Of a stretch of DNA of 40,713 nucleotides, positions 24,015 to 36,470 are shown in pieces (position 1 is the stretch's first letter; each line of letters starts with the position of its first letter). The position numbers and the translations under genes were made by a program. The notes below the pieces were generated by a model that worked only from the letters and a program-made list of their open reading frames with translations, was not told the DNA's origin and did no database searches. Source of the stretch: Octopus bimaculoides (lineage: Eukaryota); assembly GCF_001194135.2 (NCBI RefSeq), contig NC_069000.1, forward strand, positions 23,226,490 to 23,267,202, read 5' to 3'.

Positions 24015-24269
24015 GTAGGACATAACATAAATATATAAGGTACAGGTAAAGCTGATAGAATTTATCTCAGTGTATGACTGGTATTTGTGTTAGAAATGTC
24101 CTATCACACATTACAACTCTCTCTCCTCACCTCTAGTCTAAAAGAGAGGACATTGACATTACCAGAATTTGATTTTAGAACAAAGGGAAATCAAAACAAT
24201 ACACTCTTAAGTATCTGGTCCATCACATGTCTTTCTGCCATCTTTAGTAATTAAATAAACAAACAAATA

Positions 24270-24760
24270 ATGAGGATAACAATAATATATAATAATGATA
24301 ATAACGATAATAATAAAAATAATAATAACAGTGATGATTATGCTGGTGGTGGCAGCGGCGGCAGCGGAGGCAGCAGCGGAGGCAGCGGCGGAGGCAGCGG
24401 CGGAGGCAGCGGCGGAGGCAGCGGCGGAGGCAGCGGCGGAGGCAGCGGCGGAGGCAGCAGCAGCAGCGGCGGAGGCAGTGGTAGCAGTGGTGGTGGTGGT
24501 GGTAATGATGATGGTGGTGGCAGTGGCAGTGGCAGTGGTAACGATAACAATAACAAGAATAATAGTGATAATGATAATAATTTTCTAATATTTCTAATAA
24601 TAATAATAATAGTATTGACAAGAACAATGACAATGCAAACAACAACAGCGACGATGAAGTGAAGGATGATGATGATGATGACGATGATGATGATGACAGC
24701 AATGACAGCAACAATGATGACGACAACGATGATGATGATACTGCTGCTGAGGATAATAAA

Positions 24761-24791
<31 letters not shown>

Positions 24792-24830
24792 TAAAATGTA
24801 ACAACAACGACGACAATACCAAAGACATTA
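24270..24830. repeat. Compound trinucleotide field (AAT/GGC/GGT/GAT) with a 12-bp GGCAGCGGCGGA array
   Basis: Six perfect 12-mers at 24381-24452. Confidence 0.9.
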
Positions 24831-25260
24831 ATAGCATTAAGAAATCAACAAAAAAATATCAAGAAAAACCAAAAAAAAACACACACACGCACACACATGT
24901 ACAACATACTATCAACACCCACCACCGACACCACTATATTCTCATATACACATATATACACACATATACAACCATTATATAGAGCAAAATTACAAAGGCA
25001 ACACAAGAGATGAAACAAAGAAAAAAGTAGCAGTTATGTTGCACAATGGGCAACTAATGCACATTGCAGCATTTAATTCAATCAACTGCAGAGGCTTGTA
25101 ATCTTTTGATGTAGTCTATATCATTTCTCCTTCTACACTAGAATCATAAATACAATGAGAATATGTTATGTTTATGTACATATGTACCTATTATGCACAT
25201 GTGTGTGTGTGTGTGTGTGCATGTCTTTATGTGTTTGTATTTGCATGCATATGTGTATAC

Positions 25261-25314
<54 letters not shown>

Positions 25315-25467
25315 ATTATATATATCCATTATATATACACATATATATATATATACATGTATAAATATATGTGTATATATAATGCATACACACACACACA
25401 TATATATATATATATATCAATGATATAGCCTTTGTTTTTCTTCATAAAAGTATTGATAGAGAAATGT

Positions 25468-25505
<38 letters not shown>

Positions 25506-25585
25506 CATACATATATATATTTATTATACATATATTATATAAGCATATATATGCACACACGCACACATATATATATATACATATA

Positions 25586-25620
<35 letters not shown>

Positions 25621-25721
25621 ACATACATACATTTATGCACACACACATATATATGTGTGTGTGTCTGTATTTGTTCATATATGCATGTGTGTGTGTGTGT
25701 GTGTGTATACATCATTGTTAT

Positions 25722-25915
25722 TATCACCATCTTTCCGTCTGCTATGGATTGGATAGTTTGACAAGATCTAACAAGTTCAAGGATTGTATTGTGTCCCAAT
25801 ATCTACTTTGACATGGTTTCTACAGCTGGATGCCCTTCTTAATGCTAACTACTTCACAGAGTGCACAAGCAGCAGTTTTCATGGCAACAGCACTAGTGAA
25901 GTTGTCATGCTGCTT
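25722..25915 (-). mobile_element. RTE 3' end, diverged
   Basis: GGTTTCTACAGCTGGATGCCCTTC is the reverse complement of the GAAGGGCATCCAGCTGTAGAAAC motif. Confidence 0.65.
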
Positions 25916-25954
25916 GTAAGATTCAGTTCCCAATTTATTGAGGTGGCTTTATGC

Positions 25955-26095
25955 TAAAATATAAGAGTTCTAAGTCAAAGAAATCAACTTCAGGGCTTAT
26001 CCTTTGTAAGTCTAGTACTTATTCTATCAACCTCTTTTGCTGAACTGCTAGGTTATTGTGGGCATAAACACACCGCATCGGTTGTTAAGTGTATT
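25955..26095 (-). mobile_element. SINE family A, 3' half fragment
   Basis: GTACTTATTCTATC..CTTTTGCTGAACTGCTAG..ACACACC.CATCGGTTG. Confidence 0.65.
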
Positions 26096-26736
26096 CTAAA
26101 AGAATATCCAGGTTTAATTGAGGATAAATAATTTAGGAGTGGTTGAAGATAAGTAACATTGGAGAGAAGGTGGGGAAGAATAGGTAATGACTGAGAAGAT
26201 TGAGTAAGCAGTAGGGGTAGATGTAGTGAATAGTGGACAAGGGTAGAGGCGTGATTGAGGATATATATGACTTGAGGGAATGTATGAAGAATAGGTGATG
26301 ATTGATAGTACAGAAAGGGATGAAGAATTGCATAATACTAATTAGGCAATAGACAGGGAAAGAATGACAGAAAGAAAGGAAGAAGATATGTAGGTGAGTA
26401 GGATGCAAGAGTGTGAAGTGGGGGAGGCATACATAGTGTATGAGGAGAGTGAGAGATGTATGGTAATGGAGAAGGAAAGATAATTTGAGTGATCAATGGA
26501 AAATGCAATTGGAGAGGGACACGGGTAGTAACAAAAGTAACTAATATCAGAAAATGTTGAATAAGATATGCAGTTTTACTCTCATTTCAGTATTACAACA
26601 TTCAGTATAACAATATTGCATGTAAGTCATAATGGTGTGATCAGGAATAAGGAACTTATAGGTGGTGAGTATGACTTGAGCAGGAGATAAGAGATAGGAG
26701 CAGAAGATAAGACTTGAGTAAGAGATAAGAGGTCCA

Positions 26737-26774
<38 letters not shown>

Positions 26775-26777
<3 letters not shown>

Positions 26778-27055
26778 GTGATATGCTGTGCTTGAGAAAA
26801 CCTGTCAAGCGAAGTGAAATCATAGTCATAGCCGATTCCAGTGTTGCTTAACTGGCACCCATGCCAGTGACACATAAACAGCACTCACTACTATCTGGGA
26901 GTGGTTGGTGTTTGGAAGGGCATCCAGCTGTAGAAACCATGTCCAATCAGATTAGAACCTGGTGCAGCTCCCCAGCTTATCAGTTTTCAGTTAAACTGTC
27001 CAGGAGGAGGAGGAGGAGGGGGACGACGACGATGATGATTATGATGGTGATGATA
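26775..27055 (+). mobile_element. RTE-clade LINE 3' end (last codons plus 3' UTR)
   Basis: GATATGCTGTGCTTGAGAA matches ~39833-39850; GGAAGGGCATCCAGCTGTAGAAAC; (GAT)-type tail. Confidence 0.7.
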
Positions 27056-27514
27056 TATACACATATCATGTTTCTAGAATCTTAGTTTCACTGAGATAAG
27101 TGGGTCTTCTCAAACTGAGGACTAAAGCTTTGTCTTCACACAAAATTTATCACTTTACTTACATAGCTCATACAGCCCTCACATCTCATCTATCTACTCC
27201 TAGTTTCTTTAGGTACCACTAAATTACTGAGCCTGGTATCCTGTCTAATATCATTTCAAGGTTAATAAATGCTAGAAACAGTGGTTTACTATTAACCAAG
27301 TATTTCTCCTGCAGTTGCTTCTCTATGAAGAATTACATCCATGGTAACACTTTCAGGCAAAAAAATCAGACTGCATCTCATTCAGCTCTACTCTGTCATG
27401 GATCAAATAACATTATGTCTCTGTCAGTGACTTTCATAAACTAATCCGGCAGTTTGATTCCTCTATAATTTTGTTTGTTCATATATAGAGAGACAGATAG
27501 ATAAGTAGACAGAC

Positions 27515-27567
<53 letters not shown>

Positions 27568-27643
27568 TAGATGTAGGTGTGTGTGTGTGTGCATTTGTGT
27601 GAGTGTGCATGTGCATGTGTGTGCATGTGTGTGTGTTTCTTTG

Positions 27644-28042
27644 AATATGAATTTTATTATTAATTCTAACAATGATTGCATAAGAGATAGTGAGGGTGTC
27701 AACTGCTATGTAAACTATAAAGTCGTTGATGATATGCAACATCTGAAATTTAACTCAGGTGATAACTAAATAATCCCTGTTAATGTCACTTCAGTCGTTG
27801 ATAGCCATAAGGAACTCGATCGTATGTTTAATAGTAATTACAATGTTAGCAATGACTTTAGTGGTAGAAGCCATAATCTAAATATATGGAGAAATCAGGC
27901 AAATAGCAATAACAGTAATAGTAATAGCAATGTAAATTATAGTAGCAATGATAGCTACAGATGTGATAATTGTACTGGTGATATAGTTCCTGTTGATATA
28001 CAACCAATAAATAAAATATTGTGTAACACAGAAGACCAGTAA
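27644..28042 (+). other. Asn/Asp/Ser-rich reading frame of ~130 codons with one in-frame TAA; unknown
   Basis: Track ORFs 27581-27769 and 27824-28042 share one frame, separated only by TAA at 27767-27769. Confidence 0.25.
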
Positions 28043-28539
28043 AATGCCTACTGAGTAATAAATGTTTAACATAGAATGTTGTTTATAAATGCTCAATTAT
28101 CATTTGAAGTCAGGTCTTTATATATATATATATAGGTACTATGACTAAAACTTCGAATCAAGGTTACATAATCATTTACACACCTTTAAGAGAGAAGATA
28201 AAATCAAATCAACATCATTAACAGCAAAAATCTGAGAATTAAAAAGATTTGGTATTGATTACATAATTTCTTGGTCTGTTGTGAGAAACACTATGCCATA
28301 GTGATGACAGCAGTCGTTTTGTGTTGCATGGAAATTCTCAAAATTTTTTGATGTATGAAGAATCTTATTAATAGATTTTTGTGATATTTAATATTTACTA
28401 TAATACAATTTGTTGTGTCTATTAATTGTAATAAAACTAAGCAGTAAAAATTGCAATATTTAACAACATTAATTAATATAATATGTTGATAATAAAATTT
28501 ATAACAATAATAGCTTTAATAATTTTAATAATGATTTCA

Positions 28540-28735
28540 AATTTTGGCTTAAGGCTGGCAATTTCAGGGGAGGGGGTAAGTCGATTACATCGATCCTAGT
28601 GCAAAACTGGTACTTATTTTATCAACTCCAAAAAGATAAAAGGCAAAGTCAACTCCAGCAGAATTTGAATGCAGAACATAAAGACAGACAAAATGCTGCT
28701 AAGCATTTTGTCCAGCATGCTAACAATTCTGGCAG
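28540..28735 (-). mobile_element. SINE family B copy
   Basis: Family B core. Confidence 0.85.
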
Positions 28736-29412
28736 TTAACATCGACCTCAACACATTTACCTTTAATGATAATAATAACAATAATTCAGTCAGGTATTTT
28801 ACTAGCCCAGTAGATGCCTATAAATTCATAATTCTTTGTTATTTTTTTTTTTCATTCTTATTTTAATTCATTATTTAGAGCATCACTTTCTCTGCTTGCA
28901 ATCACTATGTTAATTGATGATAAATTCTTGATTAAGTTGTTCGCATCATATCTTTGCCTTGAGTCAATTTTTTTTTCAGATAATCTTTAATAAAATATAC
29001 TTTGAATATGCTTTAATAGAATATTCAATTCCAATTTATTAATATAGCAATAGCCCACTCTTTTTCTATACCATAAATCGTGTTGGATTTCTTTTGATTG
29101 GTAATATGGTTTATATATGATTATTTCTCTTTTTAACTAATATACCCAATAATTTTTATATATTTCTTAAATATTTTCCAGGTTTAACTACTCACATTAT
29201 TTTACTAAAATTCCAAATCTATTTCACACCAAACTCCAACATAATTACATCATCTTGTGTACTTCATTATTTCATTATTATTTTATGTTTGTTTTTATAC
29301 TCTAAATCTCACTATATATATAAACAAACACACACACATATATATGTGTGTGTGTGTATATATATAAGTTTATATATGTATGTATATGTTTGTATATATG
29401 TATATGTTTATA

Positions 29413-29474
<62 letters not shown>

Positions 29475-29946
29475 ATATGTGTATGTGTGTGGTGTGTATG
29501 GGGGGGCACGTTTGTGTTTGTGTGTGTGTGTATTTATGCATATATGTTTGTTTGTAAACATCACTTAAAGATAAAACTTGTTGCTTATCTATTATTTCAA
29601 GAAGTGAGGCATTCTTGTTTCAAAACTTTGGTCGAGTTGAATGGTCAGCTGTTTTGCATTATGGATAAAATCTGAAGTTTACAACTCATCATTAACTGAC
29701 CATTAAGATTCTAACATATGAACAGAAAATGACAATTTGTCCGCTCCGCTTTAAGATAAGCATACACTACTTTAGTTGACTGAAATTAAGATGTTTGATT
29801 GATTGGTCACCAAATTCAGTATCTTTACCCTAAACTGAATTTCTCTTGTTTCATGTGTCCTTGGACAAATCAGTTCCTGCCAAACCAGCCAATACATGCA
29901 AGCATGTAAAATGGACATTACATGAATGATGATGATGGTGATGGTG

Positions 29947-30000
<54 letters not shown>

Positions 30001-30194
30001 ACACGTACAAAGAACCTGCTGTTGGAACTCAGTATATATATGCTTTAGAATAAAGCATTGGGTGAGTACAGAAAGTAATATGAAATTAATGGAATGACAG
30101 GCAACAGAAGTTACATAAGATGATTATGTAATTCCTTTTCCCATGTCAATCCATTAATTGTATATAATATGTGTATATATGCCTACATATATAT

Positions 30195-30364
30195 ATACAG
30201 GTGCAGAAATGGCTGAGTGGTAAGAAGCTTACTTCCCATCCACATGGTTTCAGGCTCAGTCCCACTGCATGCCACCTTGGGCAGGTGTTTTCTATTATAG
30301 CCTCAGGCCAACCAAAGCCTTGTGGGTGGATTTGGCTGACGGAAACTGAAAGAAACCCGTCATA

Positions 30365-30400
<36 letters not shown>

Positions 30401-30615
30401 TGTATGTATGTATGTATTTGTGTGTCTGTGTTTGTTCCTCCACCATCGCTAGACAACCAATGTTGGTGTGTTTACATCACCGTAACTTAGCAGTTTGGCA
30501 AAGGAGATCAATGGAATAAGTATTAGGCTTACAAGGAATAAGTCCTGGATATGATTTGTTTGACTAAAGGTGGTGCTCCAGCATGGCCACAGTCAAATGA
30601 CTGAGGCAAATAAAA
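30195..30615 (+). mobile_element. Uninterrupted SINE family A with internal (TA)n(TATG)n microsatellite
   Basis: Head 30195-30360, microsatellite ~30361-30418, 3' half to ~30615; serves as the reference for the split copies. Confidence 0.9.
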
Positions 30616-31047
30616 AAACATATAAATGACGACAACAATGATGATATATATATATATTCTACATATATTTTCTATGCATATATTCTATATATATATATAT
30701 AGATACACACACACACACACACACATACATATGCACATGAATGCATGTACAAACGTGTAGGAAGTGGCAGGTAGCTTATTACTCTATTTAGGCTGTTTTG
30801 AGGGTTTATATATGAAAGTCTGTGAATAAATAAGTTTCTGAGCATGGTAAATGTTTTTATGCAAGCTCCTTTTACAATATGCTGGGGTAAATAATCTTTT
30901 AGAAATATCTAATGAAAAAAAATGGTCGCTAGGATTGTAATTTTTGCTTATTTGTTTGATTTATGTAAATTTTAACATATTATTATATTGCATTTAATTG
31001 ATGTCACTTCTGAATATGTGTATGGATGTGAGTATGTGTATTTGTAT

Positions 31048-31105
<58 letters not shown>

Positions 31106-32713
31106 NNNNNNNNNNNNNNNNNNNNNNNNNNNNNNNNNNNNNNNNNNNNNNNNNNNNNNNNNNNNNNNNNNNNNNNNNNNNNNNNNNNNNNNNNNNNNNN
31201 NNNNNNNNNNNNNNNNNNNNNNNNNNNNNNNNNNNNNNNNNNNNNNNNNNNNNNNNNNNNNNNNNNNNNNNNNNNNNNNNNNNNNNNNNNNNNNNNNNNN
31301 NNNNNNNNNNNNNNNNNNNNNNNNNNNNNNNNNNNNNNNNNNNNNNNNNNNNNNNNNNNNNNNNNNNNNNNNNNNNNNNNNNNNNNNNNNNNNNNNNNNN
31401 NNNNNNNNNNNNNNNNNNNNNNNNNNNNNNNNNNNNNNNNNNNNNNNNNNNNNNNNNNNNNNNNNNNNNNNNNNNNNNNNNNNNNNNNNNNNNNNNNNNN
31501 NNNNNNNNNNNNNNNNNNNNNNNNNNNNNNNNNNNNNNTATATATATATATATATATTTATATTTAAAAATATATATATGTATATGTATGTATGTATGCA
31601 TGTATATGCACATACACACACATGCATGCATACACATGACTTTTTGAAGTGGGCTTCTTCTAAAGCGGTTTCATTTTTTTGCTATATATATTTTCCCCAT
31701 AGCATATATTATGCTAGCAGGATATTTTTCATTCATGAAAGGGTTATTCTTATATTCAGAATTAAAAACTGGCATTCAATCACATACACATACACATGCA
31801 CTCACAAAGACATACCGTACACAAACACATACACACTCACACATGCACACACAAACACAAATTAACACAGATACTCGCACACATAACACACACATACATA
31901 CGCACACATGTGTATTTATGTGTATGTGTGTATGTATATATATATCTATATCTATATATGTATATATATATATATATATATCACATATGCATACACATCT
32001 ATGTGTGTATATGTATGTATATGCATATATATATATATNNNNNNNNNNTATATATAAGCATACATATATACATATCTATCCATATATATGAGTGTGTATG
32101 TGTGCATGCATATATAAATACGTACACACATAAATGTACACATATATATAGCAGGTATATTTGTTTTTCTGTTCTCATATTAATTCTATAAAAGTTTCAT
32201 GTTTGTTTTATGTATGTATGTATGTATGTATGTATATATGAATGAGTTTATGTGTCTGTGAGTGTCTAGTTGTGTATGTTTTTTGTTCTTTTTTTTTCTA
32301 TTAAGGCTATTCTGCTGGATTTCTTTAAAAAAAAAAATAATAATTTCTTTCATATCCATCAGAAAAAGGGCTAGTTAATGTATAACATTTGTTTGGGTTT
32401 TTTTAATTTTATTCCTGAAGGATCTCTTTATAATATTTTTTCTCAAATATTTTTTCTTTCTCTAATTTTTTTATTTTTTTTTATTTAGTTGTTTAGTTTT
32501 ATTTTTACCAAATTTTATTGAATTCTTTCTTCGTATTTTTTTCCTTATTTTTGTCTATTATATATTATTTCAGGTTCAATATATCTAGGGGTTTCTCATT
32601 TTCAGAATTTGTGTTTTATGGCCATTACCTTTCACAGCTATTTTTTTGTCTTTTCTATAGGCCCTGTCTCCTTGCCCGTTTCACAATTGTTTATTCATTT
32701 ATTATTGTTGTTG

Positions 32714-32764
<51 letters not shown>

Positions 32765-33285
32765 GATTTTTATATTAATATTCTTATCGTTTTCTTCCTC
32801 CTTTTCATCATCACCATCGTCATTGCCATTACTATTATTAAAGAAATCATTATAGTTATTATTGTTGTTGTTTGTTGTTGCTATTATTATCGTTATTATT
32901 ATTATTGTTTGTTGTTCTTTAGGATATGTTTTGCATAAAAATTTATTTTATGTATATCTGTGAGCATGTGCATGTGTATGTGTGTGTATGCATATGTGTA
33001 ATATATATATACATATATATGTGTGTATATATATAAATATATATATGTAATATATATATATATATATATANNNNNNNNNNNNNNNNNNNNNNNNNNNNNN
33101 NNNNNNNNNNNNNNNNNNNNNNNNNNNNNNNNNNNNNNNNNNNNNNNNNNNNNNNNNNNNNNNNNNNNNNNNNNNNNNNNNNNNNNNNNNNATATATATG
33201 TATATATATATATGTATATACATGTATATATGCATATATATATGTATGTATATATAGAAATAAATATGTGTATGTTTATACATAA

Positions 33286-33316
<31 letters not shown>

Positions 33317-33952
33317 TATACATATACATACATATATATATACATACATGCACATAACAGAGATAGATGTAGATATATATGCATGTATATGTAAATGTAT
33401 GTCTTGTGTCACTTTTATTTATTTTAAAATATATTTACTTCAGGAGGAGAGGTGGTGACCTCTTTTCTCATCTCTCTCCCTCTCTCTGTAACCCCTTCTC
33501 TTTCTCTTCTTCTGTTTCCTTTAACTCTCTTTTATCTCTACTCTCCCTCCTCCTCCATCACATCCTTCAGACTTCTTTTACCTCTTTGTCTCTTACCCAC
33601 AGCTACACACACCATTTCTACATTTGTAATCTCACATACATTTCACTAAATCACATTCATTTCTCATAAACTTCAATCATCTTTTGATGATTGAAGTTGT
33701 GGCAATAGTATATGTAGTTGTGTGATGTCAGGGGTAGAGCGGTAGGGATGGTAGTACTGCTTCTGCTGCAATGATGCCAGTGATACCGGGATGAGGACGA
33801 GAGGGGTGGTCTTGTTATTGTTAGTGGATTTTGTAGTGGATGATTGCATAGAGTTAAATGTTTTTGGTAGGCATAAGGCTGTTTATACAAACAAACAAGC
33901 ATGCTAAAATACACACACACACACACACATACACACACACATATATATACAT

Positions 33953-34003
<51 letters not shown>

Positions 34004-34693
34004 NNNNNNNNNNNNNNNNNNNNNNNNNNNNNNNNNNNNNNNNNNNNNNNNNNNNNNNNNNNNNNNNNNNNNNNNNNNNNNNNNNNNNNNNNNNNNNNNN
34101 NNNNNNNNNNNNNNNNNNNNNNNNNNNNNNNNNNNNNNNNNNNNNNNNNNNNNNNNNNNNNNNNNNNNNNNNNNNNNNNNNNNNNNNNNNNNNNNNNNNN
34201 NNNNNNNNNNNNNNNNNNNNNNNNNNNNNNNNNNNNNNNNNNNNNNNNNNNNNNNNNNNNNNNNNNNNNNNNNNNNNNNNNNNNNNNNNNNNNNNNNNNN
34301 NNNNNNNNNNNNNNNNNNNNNNNNNNNNNNNNNNNNNNNNNNNNNNNNNNNNNNNNNNNNNNNNNNNNNNNNNNNNNNNNNNNNNNNNNNNNNNNNNNNN
34401 NNNNNNNNNNNNNNNNNNNNNNNNNNNNNNNNNNNNNNNNNNNNNNNNNNNNNNNNNNNNNNNNNNNNNNNNNNNNNNNNNNNNNNNNNNNNNNNNNNNN
34501 NNNNNNNNNNNNNNNNNNNNNNNNNNNNNNNNNNNNNNNNNNNNNNNNNNNNNNNNNNNNNNNNNNNNNNNNNNNNNNNNNNNNNNNNNNNNNNNNNNNN
34601 NNNNNNNNNNNNNNNNNNNNNNNNNNNNNNNNNNNNNNNNNNNNNNNNNNNNNNNNNNNNNNNNNNNNNNNNNNNNNNNNNNNNNNNNNNNNN

Positions 34694-34738
<45 letters not shown>

Positions 34739-34984
34739 ATAGGGTGATAAATTGAATATTAATTCAATTTAAAACCAAGTGGCCTAGCATATAAAAAAAT
34801 CTGAAAATTCAGAAAAAATTGTATTACACATGTATAAGGGATGACCACTAGGTGGACATCTAATACGCTAGAAAGAGGTCATCAACAACCCAACCACAAA
34901 GAAAAATAATGTTCTCCAGAAAAAACTTCGCAAAACACCAGAACAAGACAAAATGAAAAATTTACAGAATAAAGAATTAGTTGT

Positions 34985-35131
34985 GTACTACGGTTTCAAA
35001 CATTAATGTTTTACTTAGTTAACAACATCCGAGTTCTCATCAGTAAAACTGTTCTAGAATCAATATAATTTGCAGAACTATACACAAATTGTCTTCATGA
35101 AATAAGACTTGCATACAGTTCTACCGACTAC
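34985..35131 (-). ncRNA. Type III hammerhead-like motif (defective) in an unclassified repeat (~34742-35190)
   Basis: Minus strand: CGGT.AGAACTGT..ACAGTTTTA CTGATGA GAAC..GTTT GAAA CCG. All three stems can be drawn, but 2 nt are missing at the cleavage junction. Confidence 0.4.
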
Positions 35132-35327
35132 ATTGGGGTTAATTTTCAAAATGCCTCAGCTCTGGCACGCCAAATTCCGTAAACAAAGTGTAATTAAAAC
35201 TCATGCAAACAAGAAAATACCAATTTAATTGTTTGATGTACATACTGAAATGAAGACATACAGTCATAAATATGAAAGAAATAGAAATAAACAAATAAAC
35301 AGTGTTCAAAAATGATAGGTGAGTTCG

Positions 35328-36315
35328 TTAGTAAGGGACATATGAGCATTTGTTTGAAATAAGTTGGAATAGGTGCTGGTCCACAGAACATGCTCATTTC
35401 TCGATCTCTTCTGCTGTTATACCATGAAATACATCCACTGTTGCCTACCACAGTTCATCCTTGCTCCCAAATTGGCATCCATTCTCATTAACTTATTGCT
35501 TTAGAATACTCCACAAGTTTTCTATTGAGTTTTAATAAGGGAAACAGGGAGGTCACTTCATCTTTTGAGGTCCACAGAAGCCTAATTGTTGTAGATACTC
35601 TGTAATTTTCTTTACTGAGTGTGAGGGCGCATTATCTTGCATGAATATTATAGTTGTCTTGGAGGTGACCCTTTGTTTTTTAACCAAGGTTGGAGGTGAT
35701 CCCTGAGAAAGACTATGTAAGCCTCCTCCCTGAGAAAGGCTATGTAAGCATCCACAGTCATTTTAACACCGTCAGGCACTTTCCAAGGACCAACTATAAT
35801 ACTTCCAATATTATTTGTCCAAATTATGATGCCTCCTCCCCTTTGTTGGCGTCTCAAGCAGTGATGACAATCTCATCCATTTACAACCCATTCCTTGCTC
35901 CAACCATCTGGTCCATGAAGGTTGCACAAGTTTCGTCTGTAAACAAAACTTTTAAAAAGTCATTCTCCCTGTTATCTTCTGCCCATTTCAGATGATTTTG
36001 TATGTGTATTTTCTTTAAAGGAAGGAGGCCTTTTAACTGATGTCACTGGTTTACCAACCTTTCTCAGAAGATAACATTGGGTAGTTCTGGACACAGTTGT
36101 TTTGATAATGTGCTTGAAAAGTTCTCCACTTGTAAAACCTGGTTTCTTTACAGCTTCAGGCTGTAATTCGTGACAGAGAACATTGAGAAGCATCCCTTGA
36201 CTGATCCTTGCCAGCTCTCTTGCATATCTTTGTAGGAGCTGTAACAAATTTTTTCAGTTTGGTGATATCTTCCAATCATTTTAGATATTTCTAATGTTGA
36301 TTTACCTTTTACAAG
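35328..36315 (-). pseudogene. DD37E (TRT-like) Tc1-related transposase pseudogene
   Basis: KGKSTLEISK..VLFTDET(C)AT..GPDGWSKEWV..RRQQRGGG..GPWKVPDGVKMT..IFMQDNAPSH..*PPCFPY*NSIENLW. D codon at 35634-35636 and E codon at 35520-35522 enclose 37 codons. Confidence 0.88.
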
Positions 36316-36470
36316 TTCTTTGTTAAAGCTTGGTAATTATTCTTTTGTTCTCTTTTGCTGAACTACTATGTTAAGGGAATGTAAACACACCAACACTTGC
36401 TGTCAAACGGTGGTAGGGGACAAACACACACACATGCACACACACACACACACACACACACACGCGCGCA
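36316..36470 (-). mobile_element. SINE family A, 3' half (interrupted by the maT-like element)
   Basis: CTCTTTTGCTGAAC..GTAAACACACCAACAC..GGTGGTAGGGGACAAACAC(AC)n. Confidence 0.75.

Noticed and set aside
27315-27343. 29-nt candidate micro-exon (TTTCTCCTGCAG / GTAACA; LLLYEELHP)
   Set aside because: Good splice signals, but expected by chance in 40 kb; no partner exons or homology.
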